Of a stretch of DNA of 64,000 nucleotides, positions 37,921 through 46,745 are shown one piece after another. The stretch lies in the sequence record MH791404.1; one strand, written 5' to 3'. The notes beneath the pieces were generated by a model that saw only the letters and a list, made by a program, of their open reading frames with translations, was not told the origin of the DNA and did not search any database. Numbering within the stretch: position 1 is the first letter of the stretch; the number at the start of each line of letters is the position of its first letter. The translations under genes were made by a program, and so were the position numbers.

Positions 37921-38168
37921 TCATACCGTTCGCCTATATNNNNNNNNNNNNNNNNNNNNNNNNNNNNNNNNNNNNNNNNNNNNNNNNNNNNNNNNNNNNN
38001 NNNNNNNNNNNNNNNNNNNNNNNNNNNNNNNNNNNNNNNNNNNNNNNNNNNNNNNNNNNNNNNNNNNNNNNNNNNCAATTCTTTGGCTCCATGTTCATGA
38101 GCCCAACATGGATACCCATCTTTTTTAATATAAAATACGGGACCACCAATTCTATGTAGCATAAACAC
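37917..38168 (-). CDS. hypothetical protein, largely masked
   Basis: GAGGT SD; N gap. Confidence 0.4.
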   Translation of the reverse strand: MFMLHRIGGPVFYIKKDGYPCWAHEHGAKELXXXXXXXXXXXXXXXXXXXXXXXXXXXXXXXXXXXXXXXXXXXXXXIGERYE

Positions 38169-38181
38169 CTCTAAAAAGTTA

Positions 38182-38201
38182 AAGGGGACCTAACGTCCCC
38201 A
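38182..38201 (-). terminator. intrinsic terminator
   Basis: GGGGAC-GUUAG-GUCCCC-UUUAACUUUU. Confidence 0.7.
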
Positions 38202-38206
38202 TAATA

Positions 38207-38503
38207 TCATAGGCAAATAATATCTTGGTGGAAAATATCGTTTTCAACATCACGATAAGAACGGACGTCACCAACATAATCTCGATAAAATTTAATTAGG
38301 TCTTCCAACTTACGGAAAGAACTATAAACCTCTTTTGTGAAGAACAAATTTCGTAGTGCATCATAATACACAGTATGGCTTTCCATCGCATGATATCGGT
38401 CTTCCATACCGAAATAATCTGGTTCATATACAACGGAAATAAAAGAGATCTTACCGATTTGAATGTTTTCCAACAGTTTAAATTCGTCAAATTTAATATT
38501 CAT
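38207..38503 (-). CDS. hypothetical protein
   Basis: ORF tiles run. Confidence 0.75.
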   Translation of the reverse strand: MNIKFDEFKLLENIQIGKISFISVVYEPDYFGMEDRYHAMESHTVYYDALRNLFFTKEVYSSFRKLEDLIKFYRDYVGDVRSYRDVENDIFHQDIICL

Positions 38504-38963
38504 ATTGATTCTCCGTAAGGATTGTAATTACTCGATCTTGGTTTCTTACTACTCGTAAAGAATCTGGTGGATTCTTTACAAATTCTCGGATTCGGATTTG
38601 TGCATTTACATCTAGGATACCAACCCGTCCCATATACCAGACAGTATACATGTCTCTATCTGCTGGTGTGAATTCTGGATATTCTTTAATGATATCTGAG
38701 TCTTTAACTTTGATATTTTCCACTCGTTGGAAATACCTTACAATAAAATGGTCTGTTAGATTTAATACCCCGACAGTTCTCCATGTACTGTAATTATAAT
38801 GATCTTCTATCCTACCACCTAGATAATCACCGGGCTGTAATGTGTATTCTACCTCTTCTAAAATACGATGACAGTTTGCTATCTGATCGTTCATTAGTTG
38901 GATTTGGCGATTAATCTTGGTCACTCTAGAGGGTTTAATTCCACGAATACGACGACCGTTCAT
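38493..38963 (-). CDS. hypothetical protein with BECR/RegB-like motif
   Basis: LTDHFIVRYFQR ... RVITIL. Confidence 0.5.
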   Translation of the reverse strand: MNGRRIRGIKPSRVTKINRQIQLMNDQIANCHRILEEVEYTLQPGDYLGGRIEDHYNYSTWRTVGVLNLTDHFIVRYFQRVENIKVKDSDIIKEYPEFTPADRDMYTVWYMGRVGILDVNAQIRIREFVKNPPDSLRVVRNQDRVITILTENQYEY

Positions 38964-38965
38964 AA

Positions 38966-39427
38966 TTAAACCCCCGGATATTCAATACGATTCTCGTTTA
39001 TCTCGTTCCAATAATCGTCGTTCTCATTACTACATTCGTCGTCGTCCCAGTCGCGACGGGTCCAACCAAGATTTTCTGAATTCCAGAATGCAATACACCA
39101 ATCACCAATACCCTCATACCCATCATCTGCACCATATCCATATCGGTTTTTTTGAACCCAATAATAACCAGATTTCCTAGCCTTCACTCGGAGTTCATCC
39201 AATTCCTTATTCTTGGTTTCTGCCATTTCTTGTGCAAATTTGATGACTACTGGAATCAGTTCTGGTTGGATAATAGACCTACCCCACCCAGCCCAGATAA
39301 TAATCTTACCGTCTTTATTGGGCCATGAGAATTCTTTAAGGAATTTGTAATCACTCATAACAACAGACAATTCCCAATTGTTACTCTTGCGATCACCCAA
39401 TTCGTTTACAATCCATTTTGCATTCAT
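38966..39427 (-). CDS. two-domain hypothetical protein
   Basis: GAGAGG SD; GYYWV...W.IAFW C-terminal module. Confidence 0.7.
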   Translation of the reverse strand: MNAKWIVNELGDRKSNNWELSVVMSDYKFLKEFSWPNKDGKIIIWAGWGRSIIQPELIPVVIKFAQEMAETKNKELDELRVKARKSGYYWVQKNRYGYGADDGYEGIGDWCIAFWNSENLGWTRRDWDDDECSNENDDYWNEINENRIEYPGV

Positions 39428-39462
39428 AATATATCCTCTCAATTTTTAAATATTATTACATA

Positions 39463-40083
39463 TTATTTTTCTTGTGTCAACTTGCACATAGCAACACAAT
39501 AATCGACAAAAGATTTTATATCTGGGTTTTTCTCTATTGGGTCTAAGTTAACTTCCTGTTGTTCTTTCACTTTCACTGTTTTAAGTAAATTCCAAACAAG
39601 GTCAACATGTCTGGTACGAATACAAACATTGATACTATTGAATTCAATGATAATGAAAAATCTATTAGAGGAACTATCACCCATCGGGAGGTTATAATAA
39701 GATACATCAAACGAATTATCGTTCATCCCAATTGCTTCATAAGAAAGTCTACCATATTCATTACCTGTAAGTGACACATCACCATATTTTTTGAGATTTT
39801 TGATAAAAGAACGTACTTGTCCTTTGTTAGACAAATAAACAGAATTTCTAAGTATTGGCATTGCAATATAAGATCTATGTGTATTAAGCCAAAGCTCCGA
39901 ACTGTAATTGGAAAACCACATCGTATCAGATAACGCTTTTGCAACATGAAGATGGTCATCACATGTTGCATTCTTTGCAATCATACTAGCATTCTTGTTA
40001 AAATATTTCGGTGGTTTGTTTGACTTCTCTTTGGATACCGTATTCAAGTCTTCTGTGTCATGTTTTGAATACATCTTAACCAT
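39463..40083 (-). CDS. hypothetical protein
   Basis: 206-aa ORF, GGGGAG SD. Confidence 0.75.
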   Translation of the reverse strand: MVKMYSKHDTEDLNTVSKEKSNKPPKYFNKNASMIAKNATCDDHLHVAKALSDTMWFSNYSSELWLNTHRSYIAMPILRNSVYLSNKGQVRSFIKNLKKYGDVSLTGNEYGRLSYEAIGMNDNSFDVSYYNLPMGDSSSNRFFIIIEFNSINVCIRTRHVDLVWNLLKTVKVKEQQEVNLDPIEKNPDIKSFVDYCVAMCKLTQEK

Positions 40084-40116
40084 TAAACTTCTCCCCTTAC
40101 ATTAATGATACAATAA

Positions 40117-40728
40117 TTAATGAATGACGAGATTTCNNNNNNNNNNNNNNNNNNNNNNNNNNNNNNNNNNNNNNNNNNNNNNNNNNNNNNNNNNNNNNNN
40201 NNNNNNNNNNNNNNNNNNNNNNNNNNNNNNNNNNNNNNNNNNNNNNNNNNNNNNNNNNNNNNNNNNNNNNNNNNNNNNNNNNNNNNNNNNNNNNNNNNNN
40301 NNNNNNNNNNNNNNNNNNNNNNNNNNNNNNNNNNNNNNNNNNNNNNNNNNNNNNNNNNNNNNNNNNNNNNNNNNNNNNNNNNNNNNNNNNNNNNNNNNNN
40401 NNNNNNNNNNNNNNNNNNNNNNNNNNNNNNNNNNNNNNNNNNNNNNNNNNNNNNNNNNNNNNNNNNNNNNNNNNNNNNNNNNNNNNNNNNNNNNNNNNNN
40501 NNNNNNNNNNNNNNNNNNNNNNNNNNNNNNNNNNNNNNNNNNNNNNNNNNNNNNNNNNNNNNNNNNNNNNNNNNNNNNNNNNNNNNNNNNNNNNNNNTCT
40601 TGGTATTTGTCTACTTCTTCCCCATTCATACCGATATATGAATTGTTTTTTGGTTTTGATCCGACACCATTATACATGGATGAAAGCTCCTGTTCGATTT
40701 CGTTTAGATTAATATCATACATTTTCAT
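40117..40728 (-). CDS. hypothetical protein, mostly masked
   Basis: AAGGA SD; N gap 40137-40597. Confidence 0.45.
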   Translation of the reverse strand: MKMYDINLNEIEQELSSMYNGVGSKPKNNSYIGMNGEEVDKYQXXXXXXXXXXXXXXXXXXXXXXXXXXXXXXXXXXXXXXXXXXXXXXXXXXXXXXXXXXXXXXXXXXXXXXXXXXXXXXXXXXXXXXXXXXXXXXXXXXXXXXXXXXXXXXXXXXXXXXXXXXXXXXXXXXXXXXXXXXXXXXXXXXXXXXXXXXXNLVIH

Positions 40729-40745
40729 GATGTTTCCTTAAACTT

Positions 40746-40776
40746 AAAAAGGGGATTGCCTTTCGACAACCCCCTT
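40746..40776 (-). terminator. GAAA-tetraloop terminator after e.6
   Basis: GGGGUUGUC-GAAA-GGCAAUCCCC-UUUUU. Confidence 0.8.
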
Positions 40777-40785
40777 ATCTTACTA

Positions 40786-41379
40786 TTACTTGCTCAGGGA
40801 GTCAATGTAATCTTGTACTTCAATATCACTTACTTGGGTAACCTTATCACCGGTAAAGGTGTTAACTCGGGTAAGAACTTCACTCACATCGATATCAACC
40901 AGTGCGGCAGCTTCTACCACATCTTCTGCGGAAGCGACACCCAGCTCGTTAGCAGCCTTAGTTTCGCGAATGAATTCCAGTTTTACTTGAAGGTCATTGA
41001 GCTGATCATTGAGGCGGACGGTAGCAACCTCGATCTCGGAGCGCATCCCAACAAACTCATCAGCCTTCTTGGTAAGGGCCTCGGAAGTCCGACGATACAG
41101 GATACCCAGCTTACCGTGACTTTCTACATTCACCCCTTTCTTGAGAAGACCACGAATCTCGTTTTCTTTCTTAACCGCGAGATTGGTTTTCTCTTCTGCC
41201 AGACTACGGAGCCGTTTTTCTTCTTTGATAGACTTGACGTGTGCGGTGCGAAGACGGGTGATTTCGTTGATAATCCGTTCTGCTGCCCCAGTATACTGAT
41301 CTTCAACAGTAACGTTTTTGGTGGTGAAGGTCAGGATTTTAGCAGTGATAAATGCCCAGATTTGTTTCAGAGTTTTCAT
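40786..41379 (-). CDS. e.6: T4 e.6 homologue (PspA-like coiled coil)
   Basis: VEDQYT.AA, VKSI.EEKR.R, H.KLG.LYRRT, KLE.IRET.AAN.LG match T4 e.6 as I recall it. Confidence 0.8.
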   Translation of the reverse strand: MKTLKQIWAFITAKILTFTTKNVTVEDQYTGAAERIINEITRLRTAHVKSIKEEKRLRSLAEEKTNLAVKKENEIRGLLKKGVNVESHGKLGILYRRTSEALTKKADEFVGMRSEIEVATVRLNDQLNDLQVKLEFIRETKAANELGVASAEDVVEAAALVDIDVSEVLTRVNTFTGDKVTQVSDIEVQDYIDSLSK

Positions 41380-41686
41380 TTTCATTTCCTTTTTGTTGAG
41401 AANNNNNNNNNNNNNNNNNNNNNNNNNNNNNNNNNNNNNNNNNNNNNNNNNNNNNNNNNNNNNNNNNNNNNNNNNNNNNNNNNNNNNNNNNNNNNNNNNN
41501 NNNNNNNNNNNNNNNNNNNNNNNNNNNNNNNNNNNNNNNNNNNNNNNNNNNNNNNNNNNNNNNNNNNNNNNNNNNNNNNNNNNNNNNNNNNNNNNNNNNN
41601 NNNNNNNNNNNNNNNNNNNNNNNNNNNNNNNNNNNNNNNNNNNNNNNNNNNNNNNNNNNNNNNNNNNNNNNNNNNNCCACATATTT

Positions 41687-42373
41687 TTACCAGCCTTCCA
41701 TCGGGAACTCAAGATAAACTTGGGCGTTTCGACGAATTTCATTACTGATCTTCTTTACCCTGTCTGTATTACGGGAGACCCGACCAAACCAGCGCCAACC
41801 GTTACCGACTGTTTTCGAACCGGTATGCCACGTTTGCCAATCAAACTGCAACAATGTCCGATCAGGTGCAGTATGCAACACCAGTTCCCCATTGTCAATC
41901 TTTTCCAAAACTTCTTTGTGCCATTGGCGGTAAATGAGTTCGCCATCTGGAACTTGGCTAAACTCGGCTTCTCCTACTGCAAAATGAGTAGGGCAGATAT
42001 CACCGTTAACCAAACCAAGAATATGTTCAGACATATAACGAGGGTTGTCATAGTCTGGTTGACCTGCGGTGATGAAATGTTGACCTACAGGGATGTCCGG
42101 GCGCGGAACATCATCATGATGATAACCGGGGATTGCGGGATACCAGCCGGGCATAAGCATGTGTACACGAGAATCAAACACAACATCGCCATATTGCCAT
42201 TCTTCCGGTAATTTGGCGATGAAACTCCTAGTTATAGGACCACCATGATTTATGGCAAAAGCCAAATCGCAGTTGAAGAACATAGGTTCGTTCTTGATTT
42301 CGTCATTTGATACATGTTGAGCGAACTGTCCGCGATTTTGAAACTTGGAATTAAAAATCTTTTTGCTATTCAT
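41687..42373 (-). CDS. putative 2OG-Fe(II) oxygenase
   Basis: GYHHDD (HxD), distal WHTG, R.F.R strand. Confidence 0.65.
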   Translation of the reverse strand: MNSKKIFNSKFQNRGQFAQHVSNDEIKNEPMFFNCDLAFAINHGGPITRSFIAKLPEEWQYGDVVFDSRVHMLMPGWYPAIPGYHHDDVPRPDIPVGQHFITAGQPDYDNPRYMSEHILGLVNGDICPTHFAVGEAEFSQVPDGELIYRQWHKEVLEKIDNGELVLHTAPDRTLLQFDWQTWHTGSKTVGNGWRWFGRVSRNTDRVKKISNEIRRNAQVYLEFPMEGW

Positions 42374-42375
42374 AA

Positions 42376-42660
42376 TTAATCCTTATTGAAATAATCATCG
42401 GCGCTATCAGAAATCAGTGGGTCGTGTTCGCTTCTATCATATAACTCAACACTTACTTTGGTAGAGATACTACTACAATTATCTCTCTGTTCTACACCAA
42501 CCCACAAAGATATGTTCTCTTTGATGTAACGAATCAGGTACTCTTGGTTCTGCTCAACCCACTGTTCATAAGTCGTTTTAGTATCCATGGTTATCTCCGT
42601 TGTTTCGACAAGAAGAGTATCCCATCCCTGAGATACCAAGTCAACCACTTTTTTAAAAAN
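42376..42660 (-). CDS. hypothetical protein (start in N gap)
   Basis: Open frame below the gap. Confidence 0.6.
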   Translation of the reverse strand, partial: XFKKVVDLVSQGWDTLLVETTEITMDTKTTYEQWVEQNQEYLIRYIKENISLWVGVEQRDNCSSISTKVSVELYDRSEHDPLISDSADDYFNKD

Positions 42661-42696
42661 NNNNNNNNNNNNNNNNNNNNNNNNNNNNNNNNNNNN

Positions 42697-42943
42697 ATGC
42701 ATCTTCAAATGCATCGTTTTCGGCGTATGTCCTGTCGTATTTTTCTGGGTCTAATCCACCCGAATTGACACCATGAAAAACTAAACCGTTTTTTAATGTG
42801 ATTATACAGAATAGATATCTATTATGTTTTTCAATAATACCATCCACCCCATATACACCATTTGTGTTATCGATACCCTGTTTTGCGGTAAACCAAAAAA
42901 CAGTACTGATATAACTTCCTACTTCTTCTTTACTTNTTTTCAT
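42697..42943 (-). CDS. N4 gp49/Sf6 gp66-family protein (Acb4-like sponge candidate), 3' end in N gap
   Basis: CIITLKNG..F.G......DPEKYD...A...A. Confidence 0.65.
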
Positions 42944-43264
42944 TTATCCAATCCAATCTATGAGTATAAAAAGACTCTTAGTTGTGTACACATATTCACT
43001 AACGAAACAACCTTCTGCATACCAGATCTTTTCTCCGTTAGATATGACTATGCTTCGTTTTATCGGTTCCTCGTTGAAAGAGAACATATTAAACATATTC
43101 TCCCAATCTTGGCAATGAACGACCCAAGGTTTGATGTACCTGTATTGCCCCAGAATAAACCCGTCTCTGGTTTTTACTCCACCTCGCATTTCAAATAGAT
43201 CGTCGGGTGATTCATCAGATTGTACCATGAAAACACTAGGGCCAATTTTTACATCGAATTTCAT
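42944..43264 (-). CDS. hypothetical protein
   Basis: ORF tiles run. Confidence 0.75.
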   Translation of the reverse strand: MKFDVKIGPSVFMVQSDESPDDLFEMRGGVKTRDGFILGQYRYIKPWVVHCQDWENMFNMFSFNEEPIKRSIVISNGEKIWYAEGCFVSEYVYTTKSLFILIDWIG

Positions 43265-43425
43265 TCCTTTTTACCCGCGAGCATCAGTAAAATTCCTGAA
43301 ATGACTGGACTAAACAAGACCGAACCAACCATCCAAAGAGCCCAATTCCGATTCCACATATGAGCACCGATTGAAACAAGAGCACATAAAGCAACATACA
43401 ACCCGTCGTTGATGATAAATTCCAT
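43261..43425 (-). CDS. small two-TM protein, 54 aa
   Basis: Read by hand; R..W...S.L.SP.I.GIL. Confidence 0.6.
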   Translation of the reverse strand: MEFIINDGLYVALCALVSIGAHMWNRNWALWMVGSVLFSPVISGILLMLAGKKE

Positions 43426-43688
43426 TATACTTTTACCCCAGTTAGAACCACAATTTCATATTCATCCAGAGAGAAATCAACGTCCGGATCTGAATAAAAT
43501 GTGTTGAACCCTCTTTTAATTTCTCCCCTTTCGAGAATACGCTTGACATCCATATAAGCCAATAGACACCAAACGTTGTTAGAGAATTCCGGTTCTGTTA
43601 GACAATAGTCTGTTTCTCCATCTATGTAGCTGGTAAACACCTCCCAACCTACAAACTTCCCAGTTTCTTTATGTGCAAGTGCAAACAT
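43425..43688 (-). CDS. hypothetical protein, paralogue of 18169-18399
   Basis: GAGGGT SD; MFALAHKETGK. Confidence 0.75.
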   Translation of the reverse strand: MFALAHKETGKFVGWEVFTSYIDGETDYCLTEPEFSNNVWCLLAYMDVKRILERGEIKRGFNTFYSDPDVDFSLDEYEIVVLTGVKV

Positions 43689-44347
43689 ATCTTAACCCTC
43701 GNNNNNNNNNNNNNNNNNNNNNNNNNNNNNNNNNNNNNNNNNNNNNNNNNNNNNNNNNNNNNNNNNNNNNNNNNNNNNNNNNNNNNNNNNNNNNNNNNNN
43801 NNNNNNNNNNNNNNNNNNNNNNNNNNNNNNNNNNNNNNNNNNNNNNNNNNNNNNNNNNNNNNNNNNNNNNNNNNNNNNNNNNNNNNNNNNNNNNNNNNNN
43901 NNNNNNNNNNNNNNNNNNNNNNNNNNNNNNNNNNNNNNNNNNNNNNNNNNNNNNNNNNNNNNNNNNNNNNNNNNNNNNNNNNNNNNNNNNNNNNNNNNNN
44001 NNNNNNNNNNNNNNNNNNNNNNNNNNNNNNNNNNNNNNNNNNNNNNNNNNNNNNNNNNNNNNNNNNNNNNNNNNNNNNNNNNNNNNNNNNNNNNNNNNNN
44101 NNNNNNNNNNNNNNNNNNNNNNNNNNNNNNNNNNNNNNNNNNNNNNNNNNNNNNNNNNNNNNNNNNNNNNNNNNNNNNNNNNNNNNNNNNNNNNNNNNNN
44201 NNNNNNNNNNNNNNNNNNNNNNNNNNNNNNNNNNNNNNNNNNNNNNNNNNNNNNNNNNNNNNNNNNNNNNNNNNNNNNNNNNNNNNNNNNNNNNNNNNNN
44301 NNNNNNNNNNNNNNNNNNNNNNNNNNNNNNNNNNNNNNNNNNNNNNN

Positions 44348-45256
44348 NNAACCCTCAAACGGTTTAATCATGTGTTGGTTCTTGAGGAAGAGTTGAACGT
44401 AGTTCTCCCCAATCTTGGTTTGTTCATTATAAATATCCATCACGTTTGTATAGTTCTCGTATGCATACTCGCGAAACCATCCAGAAGTGATAGAAGTACA
44501 AACCTTTTCCAATGCCATCATAAAAGCTTTGGCTGGATGAACCTTACCCGGAAATGGTACTATACACCGTTCTAGTGCCAAAACGCAAGCTTCTTCGTAT
44601 ACACCAAGAAGTTTAATACGCATATCACACTGTTCAAACTTCGTTTTTGATGTCATCACTTCTTCACCATCAACCATGTATGACAAATAAGCGGGTCGTT
44701 CTCCAACTGCAATAGCTTGGTGAACTGTGTCATGATCCATAGTGTAAAAATCGTCGGTAAAGAAATCTTTCTTCCCTACATTAAGCTTCGGATGTCCGTA
44801 AGTCAAGGATTCTTTTTCACGTTTCTTGAAGATCTCGAATTCTTTTTCATTCATCACCACACCAAAGTCACGAAGTTCATGAATGGATTTCATGGTTTTG
44901 ATAAAATTCCGTGTATTCTTTTTGAACCGATGAGCCATCTTAATCGCAAGAAGTAGACCGGGATTAGCTACCTTGATCTTACCATGTTCGTTATTCATAT
45001 AGTCCGCAATCATCTCATCAGACGAACCCGGTTGAATGATATAAGCTTCATGATAGCAACTACGACAATCCCCACGTTCAACAACAAAGGCTCGTACATT
45101 TGGATTCTGTACGGCTACAGAGCGACCTTGCATACGAGCTTGGTATTCACTCCACTCTTTTTCTGTTGCGATGAAATCATAATCCATATCTTTAGTTGGG
45201 GCCATACAATCTGCGTAGAAGCATTCCAACATAGCACGAGAACCAATCAAAATCAT
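44348..45256 (-). CDS. Pol-beta-superfamily nucleotidyltransferase-like protein (about 302 aa)
   Basis: GAGGGT SD; LIGSRA...DMDYDF...HEAY; C-terminal ALEKVCTSITSGWFR; stop probably at the gap edge. Confidence 0.7.
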
Positions 45257-45302
45257 AATATTACCCTCAAAAATTATGGGGTCAATACGACCCCATTTCA
45301 AA

Positions 45303-45530
45303 TTAGCAACTACTTTCTTCCCAGTAGCTAGGTTCAGCATCAACGGACACGGTAAAACCTTCACCACCTTCACCGTAACAAGAACTACTCAACCAGTCGT
45401 TAAACACGATCTCGTCAGAGTCTGTGTCCAGTTCTACACCATAATCGTGCTGACCAGCAAGATCGCGTACTTCTTTCAGGAGTACAGCCAGTTGTTTTGC
45501 TTTTTCTACCAGTTCATTACTACGAGACAT
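45303..45530 (-). CDS. small acidic protein with two W-x-x-S-S-C motifs, C-terminal Cys
   Basis: ...DWLSSSCYG...YWEESSC-stop. Confidence 0.8.
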   Translation of the reverse strand: MSRSNELVEKAKQLAVLLKEVRDLAGQHDYGVELDTDSDEIVFNDWLSSSCYGEGGEGFTVSVDAEPSYWEESSC

Positions 45531-45554
45531 TTTATTTTTCCTTTTGTTTAAAAA

Positions 45555-45842
45555 TTAACACTGATCCGAAGAACTCATCCAATAACCATGACCGTCACCG
45601 TGACCGTAATCTTCGGCTTGTTCAAGATCCCAATACTCATGACCGAACGGGTAGTAAGTCCGACCACTACCGTAATCACCCACTGAAAATGATACAACAC
45701 CAGCATCAGCGAATTTAGTTGCAACATCTTCCATCATTTCTGACAGTTTAATAACTGTACTCACGGCTTGTTTTGCAGTCATCTCACCGCCTGCGTGGGC
45801 TGCTTCAATTTTGTCCATTTCTTCTTTGATTTTATCAAACAT
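45555..45842 (-). CDS. small acidic protein ending YWMSSSDQC
   Basis: AAGGA SD; C-terminal Cys. Confidence 0.8.
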   Translation of the reverse strand: MFDKIKEEMDKIEAAHAGGEMTAKQAVSTVIKLSEMMEDVATKFADAGVVSFSVGDYGSGRTYYPFGHEYWDLEQAEDYGHGDGHGYWMSSSDQC

Positions 45843-45862
45843 TTTTGTTTCCTTGATTAAAA

Positions 45863-46132
45863 TTATTCATTAATGACAACAACAAGTCGTGTGTAACTAC
45901 TATACATATCATTGGATTTAGACCAAGATACCCCATATCCATCTTTAACCAAACGTTCAATAAGCGCGGGGCGAATTTCAGTTGGGATGATGTCGTTAGG
46001 AATACTAACCGTCACGTTATAGTCATTTGTCTTTTTGAGAAGATATTCATAAACGAAATTCAGTGCGTTTTGAATCAAAGCTTCTCGCTTCTCGGTGATC
46101 TTTTTGTGGATTTCGGAGCTTTTCATTTCCAT
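45863..46132 (-). CDS. hypothetical protein
   Basis: ORF tiles run. Confidence 0.75.
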   Translation of the reverse strand: MEMKSSEIHKKITEKREALIQNALNFVYEYLLKKTNDYNVTVSIPNDIIPTEIRPALIERLVKDGYGVSWSKSNDMYSSYTRLVVVINE

Positions 46133-46509
46133 CGTTCCCTTTTGTTCAATCCATATGCGATTGTGTTTTCGATAATGTTATATTGACGAATTTCTGATTT
46201 ACGTTTGATCTCTTCCAATCGGGATATCAATTCTTTTTTCTCGTCCCGGTTGAATTGGTCTTTATGTAAAATACCACGTTCATTCATCTCATGAATTAAA
46301 ACGTTACCTTGATGATAAACCAATTTTATTTCATGAGGCTTGAATCGTCTTGGTAGGTTTGGTTCTTCGATTTCAAAAGTAAAGATTAAACCATCAACAT
46401 CGTTTTTTCTTGACAAATTCCATGTATACGGGTCGTTGTCTATTACTTCGATAATCTTTTTCGCTAATGGTCTGATATTCGGTACATGTTTTTTGAANAA
46501 CCNAAACAT
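46123..46509 (-). CDS. hypothetical protein (MFSFFRK-like family)
   Basis: Start reassigned to MF..FKK at 46509. Confidence 0.65.
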   Translation of the reverse strand: MFXXFKKHVPNIRPLAKKIIEVIDNDPYTWNLSRKNDVDGLIFTFEIEEPNLPRRFKPHEIKLVYHQGNVLIHEMNERGILHKDQFNRDEKKELISRLEEIKRKSEIRQYNIIENTIAYGLNKRERWK

Positions 46510-46510
46510 A

Positions 46511-46738
46511 TCACATNACCTCTGGTTGTGTAAATACAGCTCGAAATTTTTGTTGAAGACTACGAACTGATACAATCATTGGGGTTTCTGTGTTGCTTTT
46601 GAAGTCTTTTACCATCAAAGAACCCATACCACCACGGGACATAACAACCCCCTTTTGGAAATGTTCACCGACTACCCAACCCTTACCTTCGAGAACATAT
46701 ACAAGTGCTTCGGAAAAAGTCATATCAAATTTCATCAT
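46511..46738 (-). CDS. small protein with Tad2/DUF2829-like N-terminus
   Basis: MTFSEAL..VLEGK. Confidence 0.45.
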   Translation of the reverse strand: MMKFDMTFSEALVYVLEGKGWVVGEHFQKGVVMSRGGMGSLMVKDFKSNTETPMIVSVRSLQQKFRAVFTQPEXM

Positions 46739-46745
46739 AATATCC

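Noticed and set aside
40756-42211. Plus-strand 330- and 297-aa ORFs
   Set aside because: Shadows of e.6 and the oxygenase, inflated by N runs
43649-45373. 574-aa ORF in the track
   Set aside because: Artificial join across a 648-nt N run; true NTase start is at 45256 and the upstream part overlaps another gene
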